From positions 777,329 to 809,328 of the forward strand of contig CAZKBG010000001.1 of the NCBI GenBank assembly GCA_964551375.1: a stretch of 32,000 nucleotides of DNA, given 5' to 3'. A model generated the notes under the pieces. The model was not told the DNA's origin, did not search any database, and was given only the letters and a program-made list of their open reading frames with translations. Shown in pieces: positions 24,004 to 32,000 of this stretch. The translations under genes and the position numbers were made by a program. Within the stretch, counting starts at the first letter, position 1. Every line of letters starts with the position of its first letter. This DNA comes from an uncultured archaeon. Its GTDB lineage: Archaea > Iainarchaeota > Iainarchaeia > Iainarchaeales > JAAZKV01.

Positions 24004-24016
24004 GAGTTTAGACAAA

Positions 24017-24715
24017 ATGGTGGTTTTAGTGTCTATAATCAACAATAATACCGATAATTCAAGCAATAATAGCTCAAAAGAGGCTCCAAAAGGGGCTAAA
24101 GAAGGGCAATTAGGAGGCCAAAACCCTGCCCAAACTGGTCCAAACCAGCACAACTGCGAGTGCAAATGTGCTCATGAGGGGCAAAAAGCAAATAGTGAAG
24201 CTGGGAAATGCCACTGCGAAGATGAAAAATGCAACTGCAAAAATGCAAAAGAAAGCGAAGCGCAAAAACCACAAGACGCAAAAGTAAAAGACTTGACAAT
24301 TACCCTTCAAAGACTTCAAGCAGAATTTGAAAACTACCAAAAAAGAAACATAAAGCAAAACGAAGAATTTCGAACACTTGCAAACGCAAGATTAATTGAA
24401 GAAATGCTTCCAGTGCTTGACTCGCTTGAACAGGGAATGAAACATGATAAAGCGCTAGTGATAGTTCACGAACAGCTTTACACAATTTTAAAGAAAAACG
24501 GCTTAGCAAAAATACATGCAGAAAGAGGAATGAAATTTAACCATGACAAAATGGAATGCTTAATGCAGGAAACTGACGCCAGCCTCAAAGAAGACGCGGT
24601 AGTGAATGTATTAATGGCAGGATATGAATTAAGCGGAAAAATATTAAGACTTGCAAAAGTAAGCGTGAACGCATTAAAAGCAAATAACGCCGGCGGAAGC
24701 GAAGCAAAGAAGTAA
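24017..24715 (+). CDS. grpE: nucleotide exchange factor GrpE with an atypical Cys/His-rich N-terminal extension
   Basis: GrpE core: LQRLQAEFENYQKRNIKQNEEF, LPVLDSLE and a C-terminal beta domain (GYELSGKILRLAKVSV). It lies directly upstream of dnaK. No in-frame ATG occurs between 24017 and the core. Confidence 0.85.
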   Translation: MVVLVSIINNNTDNSSNNSSKEAPKGAKEGQLGGQNPAQTGPNQHNCECKCAHEGQKANSEAGKCHCEDEKCNCKNAKESEAQKPQDAKVKDLTITLQRLQAEFENYQKRNIKQNEEFRTLANARLIEEMLPVLDSLEQGMKHDKALVIVHEQLYTILKKNGLAKIHAERGMKFNHDKMECLMQETDASLKEDAVVNVLMAGYELSGKILRLAKVSVNALKANNAGGSEAKK

Positions 24716-24817
24716 TTTGTTGGAGAGATTTTAGGATTAAGTAAAAATAGAAAGTCAAAGGAAAAAGAATTATATTTGGAGTAAATTTTTAGAAATAAAA
24801 ATTGGAGTGTGAGTAAA

Positions 24818-26683
24818 ATGGCAAAAATAATAGGAATAGATTTAGGAACATCAAACAGCGCAGCAAGCGTACTTGAAGGGGGAAAACCAAAAATAATTCC
24901 CTCAGCAGAAGGAAACACAGTTTATGGAAAAGCCTTCCCAAGTTACGTAGCTTTCTCAAAAGACGGAAAACTATTAGTCGGAGAACCAGCAAGAAGACAA
25001 GCAGTAACAAACCCAGACAGAACTATTACAAAAGCAAAAAGAAAAATGGGGACAGGCCACAAATACTTGCTTGACGAAAAAAGTTATACTCCTCAACAGA
25101 TATCCGCATTCATACTTCAAAAAATAAAAAGAGACGCAGAAGCGTTCTTAGGCGAAAAAGTAGAAAAAGCAGTAATCACAGTGCCAGCATATTTTGACGA
25201 CAATCAAAGACAGGCCACAAAAGACGCGGGACAAATCGCCGGGCTTGAAGTTGTAAGAATTATAAACGAACCGACAGCCGCAGCGCTTGCATACGGACTT
25301 GACAAAAAAGGAAAAGACTCAAAAATAATGGTGTTTGACCTTGGAGGCGGAACACTTGATGTAACAATAATGGAGCTGGGAAGCGGAGTGTTTGAAGTAA
25401 AATCAACTTCAGGAGACACAGAACTTGGCGGAACAGACATGGATGAAACAGTGCTTAAGTACATTGTTGACGAATTCAAAAAAACAAACGGCGTAGACTT
25501 AATGAAAGACTCAATGGCTGTGCAAAGAGTAAGAGAAGCCGCTGAAAAAGCAAAAATAGAGCTTTCAACAGTTCTTGAAACAGACATAAACCTTCCATAC
25601 ATTACAGCAACACCAGAAGGGCCAAAACACTTAGCAATGAGACTAAACAGAGCAAAACTTGAAGAACTAATCGCACCGCTTGTAAAAAGATGCGAAAAGC
25701 CAATCACACAATCACTTGCTGACGCAAAATTAACAGCAGCAGATATTGAAAAAGTAATTCTTGTAGGCGGACCGACAAGAATGCCAATAATACAAGAATT
25801 TGTAAAAAAAGTAACAGGAATCGAGCCAGAACGCGGAATAGATCCGATGGAATGTGTTGCAATGGGCGCAGCAGTTCAGGGAGGAGTATTAGCAGGAGAA
25901 GTAAAAGATGTACTTTTACTTGATGTAACTCCGCTAAGCCTTGGAATAGAAACACTGGGCGGAGTATTTACAAAAATAATTGACAGAAACACGACAATTC
26001 CCACAAAGAAATCACAAGTATTTTCAACAGCAAGCGACAATCAAACTGCAGTTGACATACACGTGCTGCAAGGAGAAAGACCTCTGGCAAGAGACAATAA
26101 ATCCTTAGGAAGATTCCAATTAGTCGGAATACTGCCAGCTCCAAGAGGAATGCCTCAAATCGAAGTAATCTTTGATATTGACGCAAACGGAATAGTTCAC
26201 GTAACCGCAAAGGACACAGGAACAGGAAAAGAACAGAGCATCAAAATTGTTTCCTCACAAAAGCTTGATGAAAAAGAAATTGAGAGAATGAAGAAAGAAG
26301 CTGAAAGCCACGCAGAAGAAGACAAGAAGGTAAAAGAAGAAATAGAAATCTTCAACTCAGCAGACGCTACAATCTACTCGACAGAAAAAATGCTTGAAGA
26401 GCTCAAAGACAAGCTTGGCGAAGACCACAAAAAGAAAATCACAGCAAAGCTTGACGACTTGAAAAGCGCGGTAAAGAAAGAGCCAAAATCAGTAAGCGAA
26501 GTAAAATCAAAATCAGACGAACTGAATAAAGCTCTAAGCGAAGTGGGCTCGGAAGTATACGGCAAAAATGCGCAAGGGCCGGGAGCAAATCCCGGCGCAG
26601 GCCCAAATGCTTCAGGCGCTGACCCTGAAGGCGACGAAAAAGTGGTTGACGCAGAATTTGAGGACAAAGGAAAGAAAAAGTAA
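24818..26683 (+). CDS. dnaK: molecular chaperone DnaK (Hsp70)
   Basis: [34 protein letters not shown] and a C-terminal lid. GGAG sits 11 nt upstream of ATG 24818. The ORF-track GTG 24809 would add three residues. Confidence 0.95.
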   Translation: MAKIIGIDLGTSNSAASVLEGGKPKIIPSAEGNTVYGKAFPSYVAFSKDGKLLVGEPARRQAVTNPDRTITKAKRKMGTGHKYLLDEKSYTPQQISAFILQKIKRDAEAFLGEKVEKAVITVPAYFDDNQRQATKDAGQIAGLEVVRIINEPTAAALAYGLDKKGKDSKIMVFDLGGGTLDVTIMELGSGVFEVKSTSGDTELGGTDMDETVLKYIVDEFKKTNGVDLMKDSMAVQRVREAAEKAKIELSTVLETDINLPYITATPEGPKHLAMRLNRAKLEELIAPLVKRCEKPITQSLADAKLTAADIEKVILVGGPTRMPIIQEFVKKVTGIEPERGIDPMECVAMGAAVQGGVLAGEVKDVLLLDVTPLSLGIETLGGVFTKIIDRNTTIPTKKSQVFSTASDNQTAVDIHVLQGERPLARDNKSLGRFQLVGILPAPRGMPQIEVIFDIDANGIVHVTAKDTGTGKEQSIKIVSSQKLDEKEIERMKKEAESHAEEDKKVKEEIEIFNSADATIYSTEKMLEELKDKLGEDHKKKITAKLDDLKSAVKKEPKSVSEVKSKSDELNKALSEVGSEVYGKNAQGPGANPGAGPNASGADPEGDEKVVDAEFEDKGKKK

Positions 26684-27027
26684 AACTAAGCCCGCGGACG
26701 GAGATTATAAAATATAATTTAGAAAAGAGTTTAACCTAAGGGAGAAAGCAAATGGATGAAAACAAAACTTTGACTGGGTTAGAAGACAAGGAAAAGAAAG
26801 CTGACATTAAGCCAAAAGAAAAATCAGATAAAGGGCTTGCGGCTAAATCCCCAAAAGAGATTTGGCTTGCAAGTTAAATTCTTTCCAAGTCAAATATGGG
26901 CGCTTAATTTAATGGTGGGTATAAAAAACCATTTGAGCGAAAAATAGTAAAGCAGGAAAATAAATATACTGCGCAAAATATTTGAAAAAAAGCTAAAAAA
27001 AGGCTGGCTGAAACTAAGTGATAAAGA

Positions 27028-28152
27028 ATGGCTGATTATTACGAAATATTGGGATTAAAGAAAGGCGCAAGTTCTGAAGAGATAAAAAAAGCCTACAAAG
27101 AGCTTGCAAAAAAATACCATCCTGATGTTTCAAAAGAGCACGAAGCTGAAAAAAAGTTCAAGGAAATAAATGAAGCCTATTCAGTACTATCTGACTCTGA
27201 CAAAAAAGCAAAATACGACACTTACGGCGAAGACGCATTTAAAGGATACTCAGGCGGAGCAGGATTTTCAAGCAGAAACTTTGATTTTGAAGATATTTTC
27301 AGCCAATTCTCAAACTTCGGCTTTTCTGATTTTGGAGACATATTCGGAGGCGGAGGCGGGAGCTCAGGAGCTGGAGCAAGAGGAAGAAAAGACAACGGCT
27401 CAAATGTAAAACTAAATTTGAATTTAAGCTTTGAAGAAGCAGCATTTGGGACAACAAAAGAAATTGAATATGAAAGAATTGAAAAATGCGAAAAATGCCA
27501 CGGAAGCGGAGCGGAAGGCTCGCTAAAGAAGTGCTCAACATGCCAGGGAAGAGGAGTAGAAGTAAGACAACAGAGAACTCCGTTTGGAATATTCCAATCA
27601 CAGTCAGTATGCCGAACCTGCCACGGCAGGGGAGAGATTCCTGAAAAAGAATGCAGAGAATGCGGAGGAGACGGACTAACAGCAAAACCTTCAAGAGTAA
27701 GCGTGAAAATCCCTGCAGGAATAAACACAAACAATCACTTAAGACTCTCTGGAAAAGGGCATGAAGGAAGACACGGCGCAGGAGATTTATACATTGTAAT
27801 ATTTGTAGAGCCGCATGAAATATTCAAACGCGACGAAGAAGACATTTATGCGGAAATTCCGGTGGCTTATTCAGAAGCAGCGCTTGGCGCAACTGTGGAT
27901 GTTCCAACACTCCACGGCAAAGCAGAACTAAAAATTCCAAGCGGAACACAGAGTGGAACAATATTTAGAATCAAAGGAAAAGGAATACAGAAATTAAACA
28001 AAGAAGCATTCGGAGACGAATACATCAAAGTAATAGTGACAACTCCAAGCAAACTTTCAAAAAAACAAAAAGAGCTTCTTGAACAATTAAAGAAAGAAGA
28101 TGACGCTTCAAAGAAAAGAAAAGGATTTATTGACAAAATCCTTGGAAAGTGA
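27028..28152 (+). CDS. dnaJ: molecular chaperone DnaJ (type I Hsp40)
   Basis: J domain (DYYEILG...YHPD), a G/F-rich linker, and four CxxCxGxG zinc-finger motifs ([32 protein letters not shown]). Confidence 0.95.
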   Translation: MADYYEILGLKKGASSEEIKKAYKELAKKYHPDVSKEHEAEKKFKEINEAYSVLSDSDKKAKYDTYGEDAFKGYSGGAGFSSRNFDFEDIFSQFSNFGFSDFGDIFGGGGGSSGAGARGRKDNGSNVKLNLNLSFEEAAFGTTKEIEYERIEKCEKCHGSGAEGSLKKCSTCQGRGVEVRQQRTPFGIFQSQSVCRTCHGRGEIPEKECRECGGDGLTAKPSRVSVKIPAGINTNNHLRLSGKGHEGRHGAGDLYIVIFVEPHEIFKRDEEDIYAEIPVAYSEAALGATVDVPTLHGKAELKIPSGTQSGTIFRIKGKGIQKLNKEAFGDEYIKVIVTTPSKLSKKQKELLEQLKKEDDASKKRKGFIDKILGK

Positions 28153-28236
28153 AAAATACACTATATTTTCTTTTACGGCAAAACACCCCTGTTTCTTATA
28201 AAAACTCTTGCAAAGGGAATAAATTAGTGCAATAAA

Positions 28237-30372
28237 ATGAAAGAAGAAAAATACGCAGTTGAAAAGCTGGTTCTTGAGGCAAATGGATTTGAAAAATTTA
28301 ATCCAATGCAGGAGCAGTGCGTAAAAAAAGGATTCTCTAAAAGCCTTGTAGTGAGCGCGCCCACAGCAAGCGGAAAAACAATTGCAGCAGAACTTTTCAT
28401 GCTTCAAACAGTTTTAAATGAAAATAAAAAAGTTATTTACACCTGCCCCCTTCGCGCGCTTGCGGGAGAACATTACGCTGATTTTAAGAAAAAATACTCA
28501 AAACAAACTCCAACAACTCACATGAAGTTTGCGGTTTCCACAGGCGACCTTGACTCAAGCAGCTCGTATTTGAAAGGCTTTGATGTAATAATGACAACTT
28601 ATGAAAAACTTGCCTCATTGCTCCGCCACAAAGCAGAGTGGCTGAGCGAAGTCGGCGGAATAATAATTGATGAAATGCACGAGCTTGACTCAGACAGGGG
28701 ACCAGTTCTTGAAATTGCGCTAACTCAAATGCAAATAAACACGCCTTCAATAAAAGTGCTTGGATTAAGCGCAACAATTCCAAATGCCGCAGAGATGGCG
28801 AAATGGCTTAATGCCAATCTTGTTGAATCAGACTACCGCCCGACAAAACTTAGAGAAGGAATTTTATTTGAATCAAAAGTAGAGTTTAATGACAACACAA
28901 CCGAAAGCGGAAGCATGGAAGAAATAGTGGAAGCTAATCTTGCGAAAGAAAAACAAATGCTGGTTTTCATGAATGCAAGAAAACGAGCTGAATCAATGGC
29001 AAAGAAAATGGCTGAACTTACTACTAAAACAATTAATCCAAGCGAGAAAACAAAACTCCTAAAAATCGCTGATGAAGCGCTCAATGCGCTTGAAGTGCCT
29101 ACTGAACAATGCACTTCCCTTGCGGGGCTGATAAAACACGGTGCTGCTTTTCACCATGCTGGACTTGTTGGAAAACAACGCGAACTGGTGGAAGAAAACT
29201 TTAGAAACGGACTACTTAGAATATTATGCGCAACCCCTACCCTTGCGGCCGGAGTAAACACGCCTGCTGATATTGTAATAATTCCAAGCCTTTATAGATT
29301 TGAAAAATTTGGAATGGATTTAATTGCAGTAAGAGAGTACAAGCAAATGGCTGGAAGAAGCGGAAGACCAAAATTCTCAACTGAAGGGAAAAGCATTGCG
29401 CTCGCTACAAGCGAAGCGCAAAAAGATATGTTCATGGAAAAATATGTGAACGGAAAAGTAGAGGCGATAATATCAAGACTTGGAATAATACCAGTGCTTC
29501 GAACACACATACTTGCGCTCATTGCAACTGATTATATTCAGGATATTAAAACAATTGAATCATTTTTTGAAAGAACGCTTTACTCGCACCAGCTTCAAAA
29601 TATGGGCGAGTTAATCGACAATGTTCTTGAAATAATTAATGATCTTGAAGAATTTGGATTTGTAAAACGAGAAGGCGAAAAATTTCGCGCTACACTTATC
29701 GGCAAAAGGGTATCGGACTTATTTTTAGACCCTGAAAGCGCTCACGAATTAATTACCGCGCTAAAAGAAAAGAGAACTTTTACTCCTCTTTCATATATTT
29801 ACGCTTGGGTGAACTGCACAGAGTTCTCCCCATGGATGAATCCACCAGCAAAAGCAAAGCCATTAATTCTTGAAGAAATGAGCGGAAGGGCTGATGAGCT
29901 TCCATTCAGACAGGAAAAAACTTTATTTGAGCCTGAAGCAATAGAAAAATTCTTTTCAGCTATGATGCTTGAACAATGGATAAATGAAAAGCACGAAAGC
30001 GAGCTTTTTACAAACTACGGGCTTGCGCCTGGATTATTGTTTGGAAAAACACAGATAATTGAATGGCTTTCCTATGCAACAATTGAACTTTCAAAAGTAA
30101 TGGGACTTGAAAAACACTTAATTAATTCCCAAAAACTGGGAAGAAGAGCAAAGTACGGCGTTAAAGAAGAACTTTTGATGCTTGTTGAGCTGAAGGGAAT
30201 TGGAAGAGTTAGAGCAAGAAAATTATTTTCTGCTGGAATAAAGAAGCCAAGCGAAGCAAAGGCTAATATTGCCAAAGTTGAAGCAATTTTAGGCAAAAAA
30301 GTGGCTGATTCAATCAAAGCCCAGCTTAAATTTGAAGCCGAAGGCGCAAAAACCTCCCAAAATACGCTTTAA
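28237..30372 (+). CDS. hel308: Ski2-like DNA helicase Hel308/Hjm
   Basis: SF2 motifs APTASGKT (I), DEMH (II), SAT (III) and QMAGRSGR (VI). C-terminal helix-hairpin-helix segment LKGIGRVRARKLFSAGI. 711 aa, typical for archaeal Hel308. Confidence 0.85.
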   Translation: MKEEKYAVEKLVLEANGFEKFNPMQEQCVKKGFSKSLVVSAPTASGKTIAAELFMLQTVLNENKKVIYTCPLRALAGEHYADFKKKYSKQTPTTHMKFAVSTGDLDSSSSYLKGFDVIMTTYEKLASLLRHKAEWLSEVGGIIIDEMHELDSDRGPVLEIALTQMQINTPSIKVLGLSATIPNAAEMAKWLNANLVESDYRPTKLREGILFESKVEFNDNTTESGSMEEIVEANLAKEKQMLVFMNARKRAESMAKKMAELTTKTINPSEKTKLLKIADEALNALEVPTEQCTSLAGLIKHGAAFHHAGLVGKQRELVEENFRNGLLRILCATPTLAAGVNTPADIVIIPSLYRFEKFGMDLIAVREYKQMAGRSGRPKFSTEGKSIALATSEAQKDMFMEKYVNGKVEAIISRLGIIPVLRTHILALIATDYIQDIKTIESFFERTLYSHQLQNMGELIDNVLEIINDLEEFGFVKREGEKFRATLIGKRVSDLFLDPESAHELITALKEKRTFTPLSYIYAWVNCTEFSPWMNPPAKAKPLILEEMSGRADELPFRQEKTLFEPEAIEKFFSAMMLEQWINEKHESELFTNYGLAPGLLFGKTQIIEWLSYATIELSKVMGLEKHLINSQKLGRRAKYGVKEELLMLVELKGIGRVRARKLFSAGIKKPSEAKANIAKVEAILGKKVADSIKAQLKFEAEGAKTSQNTL

Positions 30373-30515
30373 TTTTTTCAACTAACTCAGCTCGCTTAAC
30401 TTAACTTGCAAAAAGCCAAAAACAGCCAAGGCAGGAAGCAAATTTTGGTTTAAAGTAAGCTTTATTAAGAACAATTCACTTATTTTTCCAACAAGCTAGG
30501 GCAATTTGTGGTTGG

Positions 30516-32000
30516 ATGGATTTATCTGCAATAACAGAACCTTTCAAGAATTTCTATTACAAACTTGAAGACAAATGGTACGACTTTCTTGACTATTTGA
30601 GCAACTATGTTCCAGTATACAAAGTAATTGACCCAATTGACAGCGTAGTGCCAAGCTTTGTAGTATTTTTGCTCGTTATATTATTTTTGATAGTGCTTGG
30701 AGCATACTTGATGCAGTTTGGCTCAAATTATGAAATTGAATTCCACACAGTTGATTCAAAAACAAGCGCTGATTTAAGCGATGTTACAATTTACGGCGAA
30801 ATAAACGCGGCTAATTTTGACGAAGTCACTGATGCTGAAGGAATGGCAATAGTCCGTCTTGACAGCGGAAGCAAGAACCTCTTTGACCAGATAGGTGAAA
30901 TGATTTTCGGGGCAGAACCAGTCGAGTTTTATGCAATTGTTTCAGCGGAAAAAGCAGGATACAACAGCATTGCAGATAAAGAAGTTGACATTTCCACAAA
31001 AAGAGCAACAATCTCAATGGTGAAAAAAGATAGCACAGGCCCAAATGACCCAATACATCTTGAAGACGATTATCCAAACAGCACAAGAGTGACTTTAGTT
31101 GATTCGCTTACTGATGATCCAATAGTTGATAATACCGGAAGCGCATATGTAAGATTTAACTGCGCGAACAAAGCAACAGGCGCAAAAACCGCAAAAGATA
31201 TTGATGACGGCGACCTTGACGGAGTATTTTTGCTTAATTCAGAAAAATGCCAGTTTGTGGTAACAAATGCTTACACTACTGGATACGAGTCTCCAACAAA
31301 CCTTCCAAGAACTCTTCCTACTGCAATAAGCGAGCACAAAATCTCGATGTCAAAAATAAGATCGGCTCCAGGCGGAACAATAAAAGTATATGCTTATGAA
31401 AAAAATTCAAGCCCTGAAAAACCAATCCCAAGAGTTCAGGTAACTTTACTTGACAAATACAATATCAATGCAGGAAGAAAATTGACTGACAACAGCGGAG
31501 TTGCGGTATTTACTGACATTGATTCTGGAACTTACACAATAATTGCGGCAAGCCCCGACAGCAACTATGCATCAATACGCGTTGATGAAAATGTTTCAAT
31601 CACAGCAGTTGCAGGCGCTACAAGAGAAAAGAAAGTATACCTTGAAAGAATTGACCCAACTTTAGTAAGATTTGTTAAAGTACAGCTAAAGGACTCAAAC
31701 ACTTTAAGCATAATAAGAGACGCAAAAGCATTTGTTCAGGAAATAAGAAGATCAGGAAGCACATACTCGCTTGCCCCTCTTGCAGGATGCTTAAATGAAT
31801 GCATAAGCGACTCAAACGGAATAATAAAAGTAACAGGATTAATGAACGACGACGCAAACAAAGTTTTAATGATTGTGAATAAACCAGGGTATGTGATAAA
31901 AATATTCAAACCAATTCTGGTAAAATCAATCGACCCTCCGACAGTAGAATATCTTGAAGAAATTAACTCAACAAATTCAGGACAGGCAAGAGTGACAGTG
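30516..32000 (+). CDS. membrane-anchored surface protein with repeated carboxypeptidase-regulatory-like beta-sandwich domains; 3' end beyond the window
   Basis: Absent from the ORF track, presumably because no stop is reached. My translation from ATG 30516 is open for 495 codons to base 32000. N-terminal TM: PSFVVFLLVILFLIVLGAYLM. At least four segments follow the pattern V.V.L.D....(T)D..G.a.F..l..G.Y.I.A, for example RVQVTLLDKYNINAGRKLTDNSGVAVFTDIDSGTYTIIAASPDSNY. Confidence 0.7.
   Translation, partial: MDLSAITEPFKNFYYKLEDKWYDFLDYLSNYVPVYKVIDPIDSVVPSFVVFLLVILFLIVLGAYLMQFGSNYEIEFHTVDSKTSADLSDVTIYGEINAANFDEVTDAEGMAIVRLDSGSKNLFDQIGEMIFGAEPVEFYAIVSAEKAGYNSIADKEVDISTKRATISMVKKDSTGPNDPIHLEDDYPNSTRVTLVDSLTDDPIVDNTGSAYVRFNCANKATGAKTAKDIDDGDLDGVFLLNSEKCQFVVTNAYTTGYESPTNLPRTLPTAISEHKISMSKIRSAPGGTIKVYAYEKNSSPEKPIPRVQVTLLDKYNINAGRKLTDNSGVAVFTDIDSGTYTIIAASPDSNYASIRVDENVSITAVAGATREKKVYLERIDPTLVRFVKVQLKDSNTLSIIRDAKAFVQEIRRSGSTYSLAPLAGCLNECISDSNGIIKVTGLMNDDANKVLMIVNKPGYVIKIFKPILVKSIDPPTVEYLEEINSTNSGQARVTV

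Noticed and set aside
23926-24165. A 79-aa minus-strand ORF spanning the regulator/grpE intergenic region and the grpE 5' end.
   Set aside because: It overlaps the promoter region and the grpE coding start. Its translation is Trp/Pro/Phe-rich with no motif. The grpE frame continues into a recognisable GrpE core.
26684-27027. tRNA or other structured RNA genes in the longer intergenic spacers (also 11101-11207, 15317-15434, 15588-15706, 23161-23305, 30373-30515).
   Set aside because: Reading by eye, I found no acceptor or T-arm (GTTCRAnnC) patterns or GC-rich stems. The spacers are AT-rich and better explained as promoters and terminators. A tRNAscan or Infernal run would be the definitive check.
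30826-31857. Two short minus-strand ORFs listed in the track: 30826-31086 and 31675-31857.
   Set aside because: Both are antisense to a 495-codon open plus-strand frame with a TM helix and repeated domain signatures.

Overview
AT-rich, densely coded window with archaeal hallmarks: an archaeal-type D-aminoacyl-tRNA deacylase (DtdA), a porGDAB 2-oxoacid:ferredoxin oxidoreductase operon, a fused ADP-forming acetyl-CoA synthetase, a Hel308/Ski2-like helicase, a class III (type IV pilin-like) signal peptide, and TATA-like boxes about 27 nt upstream of several ATGs. A small-genome fermentative archaeon is likely; a DPANN-like origin is inference only. Bases 1-11100 look like an accessory surface locus. 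They hold three tandem paralogous giant proteins (one cut by the window edge, the others about 1525 and 1535 aa). Each is built from dozens of GLUG-like (Y)VGGLxG units arranged in about 230-280-aa super-repeats, and each ends in a shared, unrecognised C-terminal module of about 250 aa. A type IV pilin-like gene follows directly. This is my best candidate for an undescribed system (cell-cell or host attachment), but the function is inferred. The rest is mostly housekeeping: porGDAB, dtdA, acd, purF, dus, a small zinc-ribbon gene, a membrane protein plus DUF2207 pair, and a wHTH regulator divergent from grpE-dnaK-dnaJ, where GrpE carries an odd Cys/His-rich N-terminus. Then come hel308 and a membrane-anchored multi-domain surface protein that runs off the 3' edge and is missing from the ORF track. 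A 50-aa PC4-like ORF with its own TATA box and Shine-Dalgarno is also missing from the track. I recognised no rRNA, tRNA, CRISPR array, transposase or integrase.
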